A DNA stretch of 64,000 bases, taken from positions 7,159 through 71,158 of the forward strand of contig CALBZE010000023.1 of assembly GCA_937889645.1 (NCBI GenBank), read 5' to 3'. The notes under the pieces were generated by a model. The model worked only from the letters and a program-made list of their open reading frames with translations. It was not told where the DNA came from and searched no databases. The DNA comes from an uncultured bacterium (GTDB lineage: Bacteria > Gemmatimonadota > Gemmatimonadetes > Longimicrobiales > RSA9). Both the position numbers and the translations under genes were made by a program. Of this stretch, positions 17,369 through 25,486 are shown piece by piece (the first letter of the stretch is position 1; the number at the start of each line of letters is the position of its first letter).

Positions 17369-17545
17369 ATGTAGAAACTGCACATTCGTCGGCGAATATC
17401 GCGAACCGTGTGCAGTTTTCCCCCACTAATGTGGAAATGCATCGCGGTGCGGCACGACCTGCGTTCACCGTGTGCAGTTGACCACGCTATTTGTAGAAAC
17501 GTCGCAAGCATCGCGATCGATCGCGATGCTTGCTACGTTTCTACA
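17369..17545. repeat. AT-richer island with three hairpin/palindrome units phased at 60-62 nt, each starting GTRGAAAY
   Basis: GTAGAAAC at 17371, GTGGAAAT at 17431, GTAGAAAC at 17493. CCGTGTGCAGTT at 17406 and 17468. 10-bp stem AAACTGCACA/TGTGCAGTTT (17375-84/17409-18). 54-nt palindrome at 17492-17545 with one mismatch. Confidence 0.8.
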
Positions 17546-17644
17546 CGCCCGGCTTCTCACCCGCGGTTCACGGGGCACGCGAGCATGCGATCGCGCGCAC
17601 ATGCGCGCGGCGTCCCTTACACGCCGGACTCCAACGCCGGCGTC

Positions 17645-17868
17645 CATCACAGGACCGCGTACCCACCGCCCACCCCTACGCTCTTCGCGCATCACAGGAC
17701 CGCGTGCCGACCGACCGCCGCTGCGCCCTCCGCCCATCACAGGACCGGGCGCCCCCCGCCCACCCCAACACTCTCCGCCAATCACAGGACCGCGCACCCC
17801 CACCCGCCCCAACACTCTCCGCCCATCGCAGTACCGGGCGCCCACCGTTTGCCTCACCGTCCCGCCGC
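17645..17868. repeat. five tandem copies of a 44-45-bp C-rich repeat (CATCACAGGACCGCG...)
   Basis: Unit starts at 17645, 17690, 17735, 17780 and 17824. Conserved head (C/A)ATC(A/G)CAG(G/T)ACCG(C/G)G and CCCACCCC/AACACTCTCCGCC tails. G-rich on the minus strand, directly downstream of the kinase stop (17897). Confidence 0.85.
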
Positions 17869-17896
17869 CCTCGGGGCTCGGCCGACGGACCCCGTC

Positions 17897-20419
17897 CTAC
17901 CGGGTACCCGAGCCCTGAGCCCCGAGCCCCGGGCCCTGGGGCCCGAGCCCCGGGCCCCGGGGCGGCCGGGCGGCGGCGGCGCACCGCGACGGCAGCCGCA
18001 GCGTGAAGGTGCTCCCCATGCCGGGGTGGCTTTCGACGCTCACGGTGCCGTCGAGGAGCGCGGCAAGGCGGCGGGCGATGGTGAGGCCCAGGCCCGTCCC
18101 GCCCTTCTCGCGGGTGATCGTGCTGTCGAGCTGGGTGAAGGGCTCGAAGATCAGCTCCTGCATGTCCTCGGGGATCCCGCGGCCGGTGTCGCGGACGTGG
18201 AAGGCGACGTGGTCCGCCGCCGTCGCGACCTCCAGCGCGACCTCGCCGGCGTCGGTGAACTTCACCGCGTTGCCCAGGAGATTGACGAGGATCTGGCGCA
18301 GCTTGCCGCCGTCGGTCTCCATGGCGAGACGGCCGTCGACGCCGTGGGTGCGGAGGGCGAGTCCTTTGGCCCTGGCCTCCGGCTCGATCATCGCGACGAC
18401 ATCGCGAGCGATCGCGGCCGCGTCGACGGTCGCGATCCTGACCTCCTCCTTCCCGGCTTCGGTCCGGGCGAAGGTCAGGATCTCTTCGATGATCGAGATG
18501 AGGTGCAGCGCGCTCTGCTGGATACGGCCGACGTGCTCGCGCTGGCGCTGGCTGATCGGGCCGGAGATGCCGCTCGCGAGGAGGTCGGCGTACCCGAGGA
18601 CGGCGGTCAGAGGCGTGCGCAGCTCGTGGCTCATGATGGCCAGGAACTGATCCTTCGCCTCGCTGGCCCGCTCTGCCGCCTCGCGGGCGTGGTGTTCGGC
18701 GCGGTAGGCCCGGGCGTTCTGGATCGCGCCGGCCACGCGACGAGCCAGCTCTTCGGCGAGAGGGATGTCCGCCTCCGAGAAGGTGCGGCCGGACTCGGCG
18801 TGGACGAGCGCGATCGCGCCGAAGCGGGTCTCGCCGATTTCGATCGGCACGACGAGGATCGAGCGAAGCCCGAGCGAGGGCAGCAGCTGGTAGCGCTCGG
18901 GGTCGGACCGCGCCTGCTCGTAGACCCACTCGGGAATGCCGGGCAGGAGGACCGAGCGGCCCGTCCGGATCACGGCGCCGACGCCGACCGCGGAATTGAA
19001 GCGCTGCGGGAACAGGCGCGTGAACGAGTCGGCCAGGCGACCCCGCTCCGGATCCGCGTGCACTCCGGCGACCCGACGGATCTGGTCGTCCTCCTCGACC
19101 AGGAAGATGGAGCACGAGTCGGCGATCTCGGGGACCGCCAGCTCGGCCACGCGATGGAGCGTCTCCTCGTATTCCGGCGAGCTGGCGAGCACGGCGCTCG
19201 CGTCGGCCAGGAAACGCAGCGCCCGCTCGGTGCGACGCTGCTCGCGGACGTCGATACCGATCCCGACCTGCGTGTCGTCGGAGAGGCGAATGTTGGCCCA
19301 CGACGTCTCCAGCACCGCGCCGCTCCGCGCCGTGACCAGCACGTCGCGCCATTCGCCTTCGGCCGACTGCATGAAGCGCCGCATCTCCTCGCGATAGTCG
19401 GGATCGGGGTAGCAGAGCTCCATCAGATCCCGCGTCGAGGCGTCCTCGCGCGACCAACCGAGGACCCGCTCGAACTCCCGGTTCACCTTGAACTGCCGCA
19501 GCGCGGGGTCGTAGATCGTGATCATCACGGGGATCGCGTCGATGATGCGCTCGAGCAGCTCGCGCTCGTGCCGCAGCTCGCGCTCGGCCCTCACGCTCTC
19601 CGTGATGTCCCGGGCGACGCCGACCACCCCGATGATCGCGCCGTCCACGTTTCGCAGTGGGGTTTTCGTCGTGAAGAAGTGGCGCACCGTGCCGGCGGCG
19701 ATCCCGACCTGCTCGGTCGTGCGCGGCTCGCCCGCCTCCAGGACTTCGCGGTCCCGCGCGATCGCGCGTTCGGCTGTTTCCGGCTCGAAGATCTCGAAGT
19801 CGGTCTTGCCGATCGTCTCCTCGACCGACCGGCCGACCATGCGCGCGCCCGCTTCGTTGATGAGGAGGTAGCGGCCTTCGACGTCTTTGACGAATACCGC
19901 ATCGGTGGTCGCGTCCAGCACGGCCTTGAGAAGGTCCCGGCTCTCGCGCAGCTCGGCCTCCATGCGGCGCCGCCATTCGACCTCCTGGCGCGCCGACTCG
20001 CGGCCGGTCACGTCCCGGACGAGCTGGTACGCGCCTTCGATGCTGCCGTCCGGCGCGAGCAGCGGCGCGAAGGTGACCTCGTAGACGGTCTTCACCGTCG
20101 GAGACCGACCCGCCGGGACCACCTCCGTGAACGACTCACCCGCGAGCGCACGGCGCCACCGGCCCATCACGAGCTCGCGTTCCTCGGGCCAGCCGGCGAG
20201 CACGGCTTCCAGCTCCGAGCCGCGCTCGACCGACACGCCGAACCGCCGCTCGAAGTCCTCCCGGAACGCCCGGCTCACGTACGTGAACCGGAAGTCCGCG
20301 TCGATCGCAGCGATGCGTTCCTGCGACTGGTCCACAATGCGCGCGAGGGTCGCCGCCGCGGTGTCCGCTGCTCCCGCGACTCGTCGGTCTTCCGGATCCG
20401 CTCTACGGGTACGGGTCAT
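17897..20419 (-). CDS. cytoplasmic multi-PAS + GAF sensor histidine kinase (840 aa)
   Basis: HisKA box FLAIMSHELRTPLTAVLGYADLL. HATPase boxes LVNLLGNAVKFT, DTGRGIP, GGTGLGLTIARRL. Several PAS-like segments and a GAF-like segment upstream. ATG at 20419. Confidence 0.9.
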   Translation of the reverse strand: MTRTRRADPEDRRVAGAADTAAATLARIVDQSQERIAAIDADFRFTYVSRAFREDFERRFGVSVERGSELEAVLAGWPEERELVMGRWRRALAGESFTEVVPAGRSPTVKTVYEVTFAPLLAPDGSIEGAYQLVRDVTGRESARQEVEWRRRMEAELRESRDLLKAVLDATTDAVFVKDVEGRYLLINEAGARMVGRSVEETIGKTDFEIFEPETAERAIARDREVLEAGEPRTTEQVGIAAGTVRHFFTTKTPLRNVDGAIIGVVGVARDITESVRAERELRHERELLERIIDAIPVMITIYDPALRQFKVNREFERVLGWSREDASTRDLMELCYPDPDYREEMRRFMQSAEGEWRDVLVTARSGAVLETSWANIRLSDDTQVGIGIDVREQRRTERALRFLADASAVLASSPEYEETLHRVAELAVPEIADSCSIFLVEEDDQIRRVAGVHADPERGRLADSFTRLFPQRFNSAVGVGAVIRTGRSVLLPGIPEWVYEQARSDPERYQLLPSLGLRSILVVPIEIGETRFGAIALVHAESGRTFSEADIPLAEELARRVAGAIQNARAYRAEHHAREAAERASEAKDQFLAIMSHELRTPLTAVLGYADLLASGISGPISQRQREHVGRIQQSALHLISIIEEILTFARTEAGKEEVRIATVDAAAIARDVVAMIEPEARAKGLALRTHGVDGRLAMETDGGKLRQILVNLLGNAVKFTDAGEVALEVATAADHVAFHVRDTGRGIPEDMQELIFEPFTQLDSTITREKGGTGLGLTIARRLAALLDGTVSVESHPGMGSTFTLRLPSRCAAAARPPRGPGLGPQGPGLGAQGSGTR
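17907..17962. repeat. GCCCTGAGCCCC/GAGCCCCGGGCCC repeat block, inverted relative to 17249-17285, lying inside the 3' end of the kinase gene
   Basis: CCCGAGCCCTGAGCCCCGAGCCCCGGGCCCTGGGGCCCGAGCCCCGGGCCCCGGGG. GAGCCCCGGGCCC occurs twice. Its reverse complement shares GGGGCTCAGGG with the left block. Confidence 0.75.
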
Positions 20420-20510
20420 TCGCGCGCCGCCCGGTGAGTCGTCGACTTCGTCACAACCATGATACTCGATACGTCGCGGTCGCGAAACGAGAAAGAATTC
20501 CCCGGGTCGC

Positions 20511-21257
20511 TCACGATGCGCGACGGCGGCGCTCCGGCGCCCGGGCCCGGTGGATGTGGTACTTCTTGCCGACGCGCTGCAGGACGGGGAGCGAGACGTT
20601 GTAGACCGGGATCCCGCTCGGCGTCTGCCCCTCGTGCGCGCCGCTGTGCGCGTGCCCGTGGAAGACCGCGTCGGCGCCGTACGTCTCGATCGGCGCGAGG
20701 AGGCGCGAGGAGCCGAGGAACGGGTAGATCTGCTCCGGCTCGCCTTCCAGCGTCTCGACGATCGGGGAGTAATGCATCAGCACGATCTTGGTCTCGGTGT
20801 CCAGCCGCCGGAGCGCGTTCTCGAGCTTCAGCGCCTCGTCGATCGCGTGCTGGACGAAGTCCTTGATGAGCCGCTCGCCGAACGGCGCCAACGTCCCGCG
20901 CCCGAAGCCGCCGGCGAAGCCTTTGACTCCCGCGAAGCCGACGCCGTCGATGACGACGCTGTCGCCGTCCAGCACCCGGACGCCGACGCGCTCGAGGAGC
21001 GCCGTCGCCTCCTCGGTGATCTCGCCTTCGTGGTCGTGGTTGCCGAACACGGCGACGATCGGGACCTTGACGGTTTCGAGGTCGCGGGCGAGCGCCTCGT
21101 ACTGCTCGGCCGTGCCCTGGTTGGTCAGGTCGCCGCAGAGGGCGAGGACGTCGGCCTCGCGCGCGGCCTCGGCGAGCACGCCGGCGATGGAGCCGCGCCC
21201 GGGCTCGATGTGCAGATCCGCGACCGCGGCGATGCGCACATGACGCTCTTTCGCCAT
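20511..21257 (-). CDS. calcineurin-like metallophosphoesterase (248 aa)
   Basis: Motifs AAVADLH, CGDLTNQG, FGNHDHE, LMHYSP, FHGHAHSG in canonical order. ATG at 21257 lies 1 nt after the upstream gene's stop (21259-21261). Confidence 0.85.
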   Translation of the reverse strand: MAKERHVRIAAVADLHIEPGRGSIAGVLAEAAREADVLALCGDLTNQGTAEQYEALARDLETVKVPIVAVFGNHDHEGEITEEATALLERVGVRVLDGDSVVIDGVGFAGVKGFAGGFGRGTLAPFGERLIKDFVQHAIDEALKLENALRRLDTETKIVLMHYSPIVETLEGEPEQIYPFLGSSRLLAPIETYGADAVFHGHAHSGAHEGQTPSGIPVYNVSLPVLQRVGKKYHIHRARAPERRRRAS

Positions 21258-21258
21258 C

Positions 21259-22146
21259 CTACGCGCTCCTCTCCAGGGGCTTGTCCCACAGCTCGCTGTC
21301 GCGGATCGCGCGGATCACGGGGAGCGACCGCGCGGCGTTGACCGCCTGCTTGCGCAGGTCCCGGAACCCCCACTCGTTGACGTCGATCGCGAAGGAGAAG
21401 CGCGAGAGCAGCGTGCCGCGGCAGACGCTCGGGTCGCCGGGCCGGTCCATCTCCTCGAAGGCGCGCTCGTATAGCTCCGTGCGGACCCAGTCGGGGACGC
21501 AGTCGCGGTGTCCGGGATAGACGTAGTCGAAGAGGTGGATCTGCGCGAGGAGCAGGCGCCAGTGCTCGCCGACGCGGGCGAGGAGTCGCTCCCAGTCGAG
21601 CTCGCGGCCGCGCGTGAGGAAGAGGTGCACGATGTCGGCCATGTCGGAGCGGTGCCGCTCGGAGACGAAGAGGCGGTGCCAGATCAGCTCCTCGGGCGCC
21701 GCAACGCGGATCGGCACGGCGGCCAGGATCCCCGGGCGAGAGTGCCGGTACCACCCCTCGTCGATGAGCTGGAGTCCGTTCCCCATCCCGTAGATCAGGT
21801 CGATCATCGCCTCGTCCTTGAGGGCCTTGGCGATCCAGTGGGCCTGGTGCAGCTCGACGTGGAATCCTGCATCGCGGAGCGCGCGGGCGGCCGGGATCAG
21901 GTACCGGGGCTCGAGGAGCAGGTCGAGGTCCTTGGTCTGGCGGTAGATCCCGGAGTACTCGTAGATCGCGTACAGCCCGCTCACGACGTAGGGGATCCCG
22001 GCCTCGTTCAGCGTGCGCAGCGCGTGCTGGTAGACGCCGCGCTCCGCCTCGGGGATCCAGAACTCGCCGTGGGTCAGCGACTTCTGCTCTTCCCGCGTCA
22101 GGTGCGCCATCTCGGGCGACGGCGTCGTGGTGGGCGGCCTGTCCAT
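21259..22146 (-). CDS. pol-beta-superfamily nucleotidyltransferase-fold protein, uncharacterised subfamily (295 aa)
   Basis: ATG at 22146 inside ORF 21259..22263. VVSGLYAIYEYSGIYRQTKDLDLLL (G[SG]...DxD-like) with a later MIDLIYG acidic motif. Balanced composition. Confidence 0.65.
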   Translation of the reverse strand: MDRPPTTTPSPEMAHLTREEQKSLTHGEFWIPEAERGVYQHALRTLNEAGIPYVVSGLYAIYEYSGIYRQTKDLDLLLEPRYLIPAARALRDAGFHVELHQAHWIAKALKDEAMIDLIYGMGNGLQLIDEGWYRHSRPGILAAVPIRVAAPEELIWHRLFVSERHRSDMADIVHLFLTRGRELDWERLLARVGEHWRLLLAQIHLFDYVYPGHRDCVPDWVRTELYERAFEEMDRPGDPSVCRGTLLSRFSFAIDVNEWGFRDLRKQAVNAARSLPVIRAIRDSELWDKPLERSA

Positions 22147-22345
22147 GGCTCTATTCGGACGACAGCATGAGTTCGACGTACTCGGCGGTGCCGGCGCGGC
22201 GGGAGGGCGCAAGGATCGGGCCGCGCCGCGCCGTTCCGCGCGGAGTGGCGGGCGCTCCACCATCGATGCGGCCGCAGCACTCCCGCGACCGTGCCGCGCC
22301 CGCGCCGCGCTACCACGCGACGCGCCACGGGGTTACTTTCCCTCC

Positions 22346-22903
22346 ATGTTCGAGGAATGGAAGCAGGCCTGGCGCGACGCCGTCGCGAACTTCTGGCGTG
22401 AGCTGGACGAGGCCGGCCCGGGCATCGGGTCGGAGCGGATCTCGGCGATGCGGCGCGACGCGCGTGCCGCGCGCACGGAGCTGGAGCGCGTGGAGGAGGA
22501 GCTGCGCCGCGCCCGCGCGCAGCTCGCCGAGGAGCGCAAGGCGGAGGAAGACTGCCGTCGCCGCGAGGGGCTGGCCCGCGGGATCGGCGACGAGGAGACC
22601 GCGCGGATCGCGGCGGAGTACGCCGCGCGTCATGCAGAGCGCGCCGCCGTGCTCGATGCGAAGGTCCGGGCGGTCGAGGCCGAGCTCGCCATGCGTCGGC
22701 GGGACGTAGAGGAGATGGAGGCCGCGCTCGGCAGGCTGGAGTCGGCGGCGGGACCGGCCGGCGCCGTGCACGGGACGGAGAGCGCCGGGAGCCTGGACGA
22801 CGACGCGACGCCGCCGGAGTTCCGGCGAATGGAGCGCGCCGCGCGCGAGCGCGAGGCCGAGCGTCGCCTGGAGGAGCTGAAGCGGCGGATGTCGAGGGGT
22901 TAG
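22346..22903 (+). CDS. coiled-coil protein (185 aa); faint PspA/IM30-like character, not established
   Basis: ATG at 22346 (MFEEWKQAWRDAVANFWRELDEAG...). Long heptad-like E/R/A-rich helices. The upstream part of ORF 22127.. is Arg/Ala-rich junk. Confidence 0.6.
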   Translation: MFEEWKQAWRDAVANFWRELDEAGPGIGSERISAMRRDARAARTELERVEEELRRARAQLAEERKAEEDCRRREGLARGIGDEETARIAAEYAARHAERAAVLDAKVRAVEAELAMRRRDVEEMEAALGRLESAAGPAGAVHGTESAGSLDDDATPPEFRRMERAAREREAERRLEELKRRMSRG

Positions 22904-22994
22904 GCGGCTCGCGGCCGCGCCTGGGCGGCCGGGGCTCGCCACGAGCCCGGCACGCGGCGTCGCGCCGCGTTGGGACCGCAGGCGACGCCGCGGC

Positions 22995-24194
22995 TCAGCG
23001 GAAACGCGCGCTGAACAGCTCGATGTGCACCGCGGTCTCGTGGCGCGGCAGCCCCGGCCGGTCGAAGCGGAGCAGGGTCGGCCGTGGCGCCGGCATCCCG
23101 AAGGCGAGCCGGCCGTCGCGGACCCGGATCAGCGCCTCGGCGCCGGGCTCGTCCGGCCGGTCGCCGCGCGGCTCGCGGTCGCGGGTCCATACCACGCCCG
23201 CCGCGAGGCCGAGCGCGCTCGTGAGCGTCGGGATCAGGACCGCGACCTTGTCGTCGTCCGGCTGGAGCAACAGGTCGAGCCCCGCTCCAGCCAGCCCGCC
23301 CGCCACGCCGGCCACGCTGATCAGCCGGGCACGGCTCACGTCGAATCCCCAGCGCGAGGCCGACATCGCGCTGTAGATCAGCCCCAGGTCGCCTCCGACG
23401 AGCGCGGCGGCGAGGAGGTCGTCGTCCTCGAGGTCGAGGAGGAAGCCGCCGGCGAAGCCGAACCAGGTCCCCCAGAGGGCGCCGAAGTTGGCGACGGTCG
23501 CGCCGGCTTCCGTGATCTCCCGGCTCCCGGCGAGCGCGGCGCCGATCCCGATCCCGGCGAGGCCGCCGAGGATCGCAGAGGCGAAGGATGCCTCGGTCGC
23601 GTCCCCCTCGTACTCGTTGCAGATCCCGTTGACGCAGATGGAGTCGGTCTCGGTGCCGATGTCGAAGACCTCGCGCCAGCCGTAGCCCTGCCAGGTGCCC
23701 CACGTCCCGCCGAAGGTGATGGCGCGGGCCTGGCCGAGCCCGAGCGGGCGGCGGCCGAGATACCCATGGGCGGCGAAGAACCCGATCGGCCCGCCGGTCA
23801 GGAGCCCCAGGCCGTAGGTCTCGGCGTCGTCCGCGCCGAACGCGGCGGGGACCGCCACGCCGAGCCAGAGCCCGTAGAGCGTGCTCCAGACGAGGAGCTC
23901 GGTCCGGCCGCTCCGGTCGGTTCTCGCGGCGCCGGCCGCGCGGTCGGCGAGCCCGATGCGGACTCGAGCTCGGTTCGCGGCGGCCGACGACGGGTAGCGC
24001 TCGAGGATCAGCCGGTAGAGCATGAGCGCGGCCTCCAGGCGACCCTGCGCCTCGAGATCGCTTGCGACGTCGAGGAGCACCGCGGCCGTGTCCACGGGCG
24101 TGACCTGCGCCGCCGCGCGGTCGGGTGCGGCTGCGCCGAGGACGACGACGATGCCGAACGCCGCGGCGAGCCGACCGAGCCCGGTGCGGGTCAA
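22995..24194 (-). CDS. secreted/membrane protein: signal peptide, TPR-like helical segment, Gly-rich multi-TM region (399 aa)
   Basis: TTG at 24194 overlaps the TGA of the radical SAM gene (TTGA). TRTGLGRLAAAFGIVVVLGAAAPDRAAAQ signal. LEAQGRLEAALMLYRLILERYPSS. Many G/A/L-rich hydrophobic stretches. Confidence 0.65.
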   Translation of the reverse strand: MTRTGLGRLAAAFGIVVVLGAAAPDRAAAQVTPVDTAAVLLDVASDLEAQGRLEAALMLYRLILERYPSSAAANRARVRIGLADRAAGAARTDRSGRTELLVWSTLYGLWLGVAVPAAFGADDAETYGLGLLTGGPIGFFAAHGYLGRRPLGLGQARAITFGGTWGTWQGYGWREVFDIGTETDSICVNGICNEYEGDATEASFASAILGGLAGIGIGAALAGSREITEAGATVANFGALWGTWFGFAGGFLLDLEDDDLLAAALVGGDLGLIYSAMSASRWGFDVSRARLISVAGVAGGLAGAGLDLLLQPDDDKVAVLIPTLTSALGLAAGVVWTRDREPRGDRPDEPGAEALIRVRDGRLAFGMPAPRPTLLRFDRPGLPRHETAVHIELFSARFR

Positions 24195-25219
24195 ACCCCG
24201 GCGCCGACTTCCCGCTCCGCCGGCGCGCGCCGGTAGCGGAGCTCGCTCACCGGGAACCAGCCGCCGTACGCCACCCCCCGCCCGCGCGTCTCGAGCAGGT
24301 GCCGCGCACAGCGTAGCACGTACCCGACCGGGTCCGCCGTGATCAGCGACGTCTGGATCACGCAGCTCACGCCGCAATCCTTCTCGCACGGCTTGTGGTG
24401 GTCGTTCGCCTTCAGGTCGGAGGGCGTCATGTCGAGCACGTGCTTCGGCTTCCGCAGCGCCACCTGGCTGCACGCCTTCACGGTGCCGAATTCGTCCACG
24501 TAGAGGAACTTGTAGCCGCCCGTGCATTTCCACGGCGCCTCCTTCCCTTCGATGCGCGCCATGTGCAGGTCCATCATAGGCGCGATCCGCCAGTGGCGGA
24601 AGTGCGAATGGAACCAATCGAGCTTCTCGCGGACGGCTTCGTTCAGGTCCAGGCGCCCCTCGTAGTGCCGCACGCCGCAGCGGACCGGGAAGCCCAGCGC
24701 CTCGAGCTCCAGCACCAGCGGCTCGAACTCGTCGAGCGTCTCCTCGCACAGCACGGCGTTGCACTCGACCTGGAAGCGGGCGCGCTCGCGCAGCCGGGCC
24801 AGCTTCTTCCGCAAGGGGCGCAGCGCCTTGTGCGTGAACTCGGTCGGCTCGACGCGGTCGATCGAGACGCACATCGAATCGAGTCCGGCGTCGTTCAACG
24901 CGTCGACCAGCGCGTCCGAGAGCAGGAGGCCGTTGGTGATGATGTTCGTCCAGCACCCCCTCTCGTGGGCGTGGCGGACCAGCTCCGCGATGCGGGGGTG
25001 GAGGAGCGGCTCGCCGCCCAGGAAGTCCATGATCGTCACGCCGAGCCGGTCGACCAGGTGGTCCATCCGCCGCACGAGCTCGTCGTAGTCGACGGGCTTC
25101 GAGAACGAGTCGTACTCGTTGCAGTAGCCGCACGCCAGGTTGCAGCGGCGGGTCACGACGAGCTGGCAGTAGAGCGCGCGGTCGTCGAAGAGGCGCTTGA
25201 GCGTGGCGAGTTTGCGCAT
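24191..25219 (-). CDS. radical SAM enzyme with SPASM/twitch-like C-terminal Cys cluster (342 aa)
   Basis: CNLACGYC (CxxxCxxC) 24 aa from ATG 25219. Later WKCTGGYKFLYVDEFGTVKAC and KPCEKDCGVSC cysteine motifs. GGGAGAG SD-like sequence upstream. The in-frame extension to 25399 is Pro/Arg-rich. Confidence 0.8.
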   Translation of the reverse strand: MRKLATLKRLFDDRALYCQLVVTRRCNLACGYCNEYDSFSKPVDYDELVRRMDHLVDRLGVTIMDFLGGEPLLHPRIAELVRHAHERGCWTNIITNGLLLSDALVDALNDAGLDSMCVSIDRVEPTEFTHKALRPLRKKLARLRERARFQVECNAVLCEETLDEFEPLVLELEALGFPVRCGVRHYEGRLDLNEAVREKLDWFHSHFRHWRIAPMMDLHMARIEGKEAPWKCTGGYKFLYVDEFGTVKACSQVALRKPKHVLDMTPSDLKANDHHKPCEKDCGVSCVIQTSLITADPVGYVLRCARHLLETRGRGVAYGGWFPVSELRYRRAPAEREVGAGV

Positions 25220-25374
25220 GGAGCTCTCCCTGGGCAGGGTTCGGTTCCGCCGTTCGGCCGACTGCGGCGGTCGGGGTGAAGCGCGAAACGGGCCGGGAAA
25301 TCGGACGAGGTCCGGCGATCGACCCGGCGCCGGCCGGAACGCCGGCGGAGGGCGAATGCAATGATCGAGCCGGC

Positions 25375-25410
25375 AAACGAAAAAGGCCCCGCCCGCCATG
25401 GGCGAGAGCC
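25375..25410 (-). terminator. probable intrinsic terminator after the 25487..25909 lipoprotein gene
   Basis: Minus-strand RNA GGCUCUCGCCC-AUGGC-GGGCGGGGCC (about 10 bp including G-U pairs and one bulge) followed by UUUUUCGUUU. Confidence 0.5.
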
Positions 25411-25486
25411 CTGCGCTGGGGATCCGCCGCGTCCGGATCCCGCCGCGCCCCTCGGGTCCGGATGCGACGTCGCAGACGGCGAGACG

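Noticed and set aside
17429-17441. DnaA-box-like sequences (reverse complement ATTTCCACA, 8/9 to TTWTNCACA; GTTTCTACA, 7/9), suggesting a replication origin.
   Set aside because: These are only weak single matches. There is no dnaA/dnaN/gyrB context, and the same short motif is better explained as part of the phased repeat.
17369-17545. CRISPR array interpretation of the 60-62-nt phased GTRGAAAY units, here and at 56462-56600. The period resembles 28-29-nt repeats plus 32-nt spacers, and GAAAC is a common repeat terminus.
   Set aside because: There are only 2-3 units per locus. The putative repeats are 70-88% rather than ~100% identical. The implied spacers are 27-29 nt and partly self-complementary to the repeats. 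No cas genes or leader are present in 64 kb. Kept as an unexplained repeat finding instead.
22346-22903. Annotating the coiled-coil protein as PspA and linking it to the PspF-like activator 11 kb away.
   Set aside because: The similarity is only compositional and heptad-level by eye. The protein is shorter than PspA, and there are no pspBC-like genes. Left as a hypothetical coiled-coil protein.
24191-25399. In-frame N-terminal extensions offered by the ORF track. Examples: radical SAM to 25399, 876..2333, 5721..8048, 4750..7386, 8243..13555, 14084..15010, 21259..22263, 37556..38599.
   Set aside because: The extensions are Arg/Pro-rich and lack SD sites. They overlap hairpins or neighbouring genes. 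Internal starts give proper signal peptides, SD sequences or family-typical N-termini.
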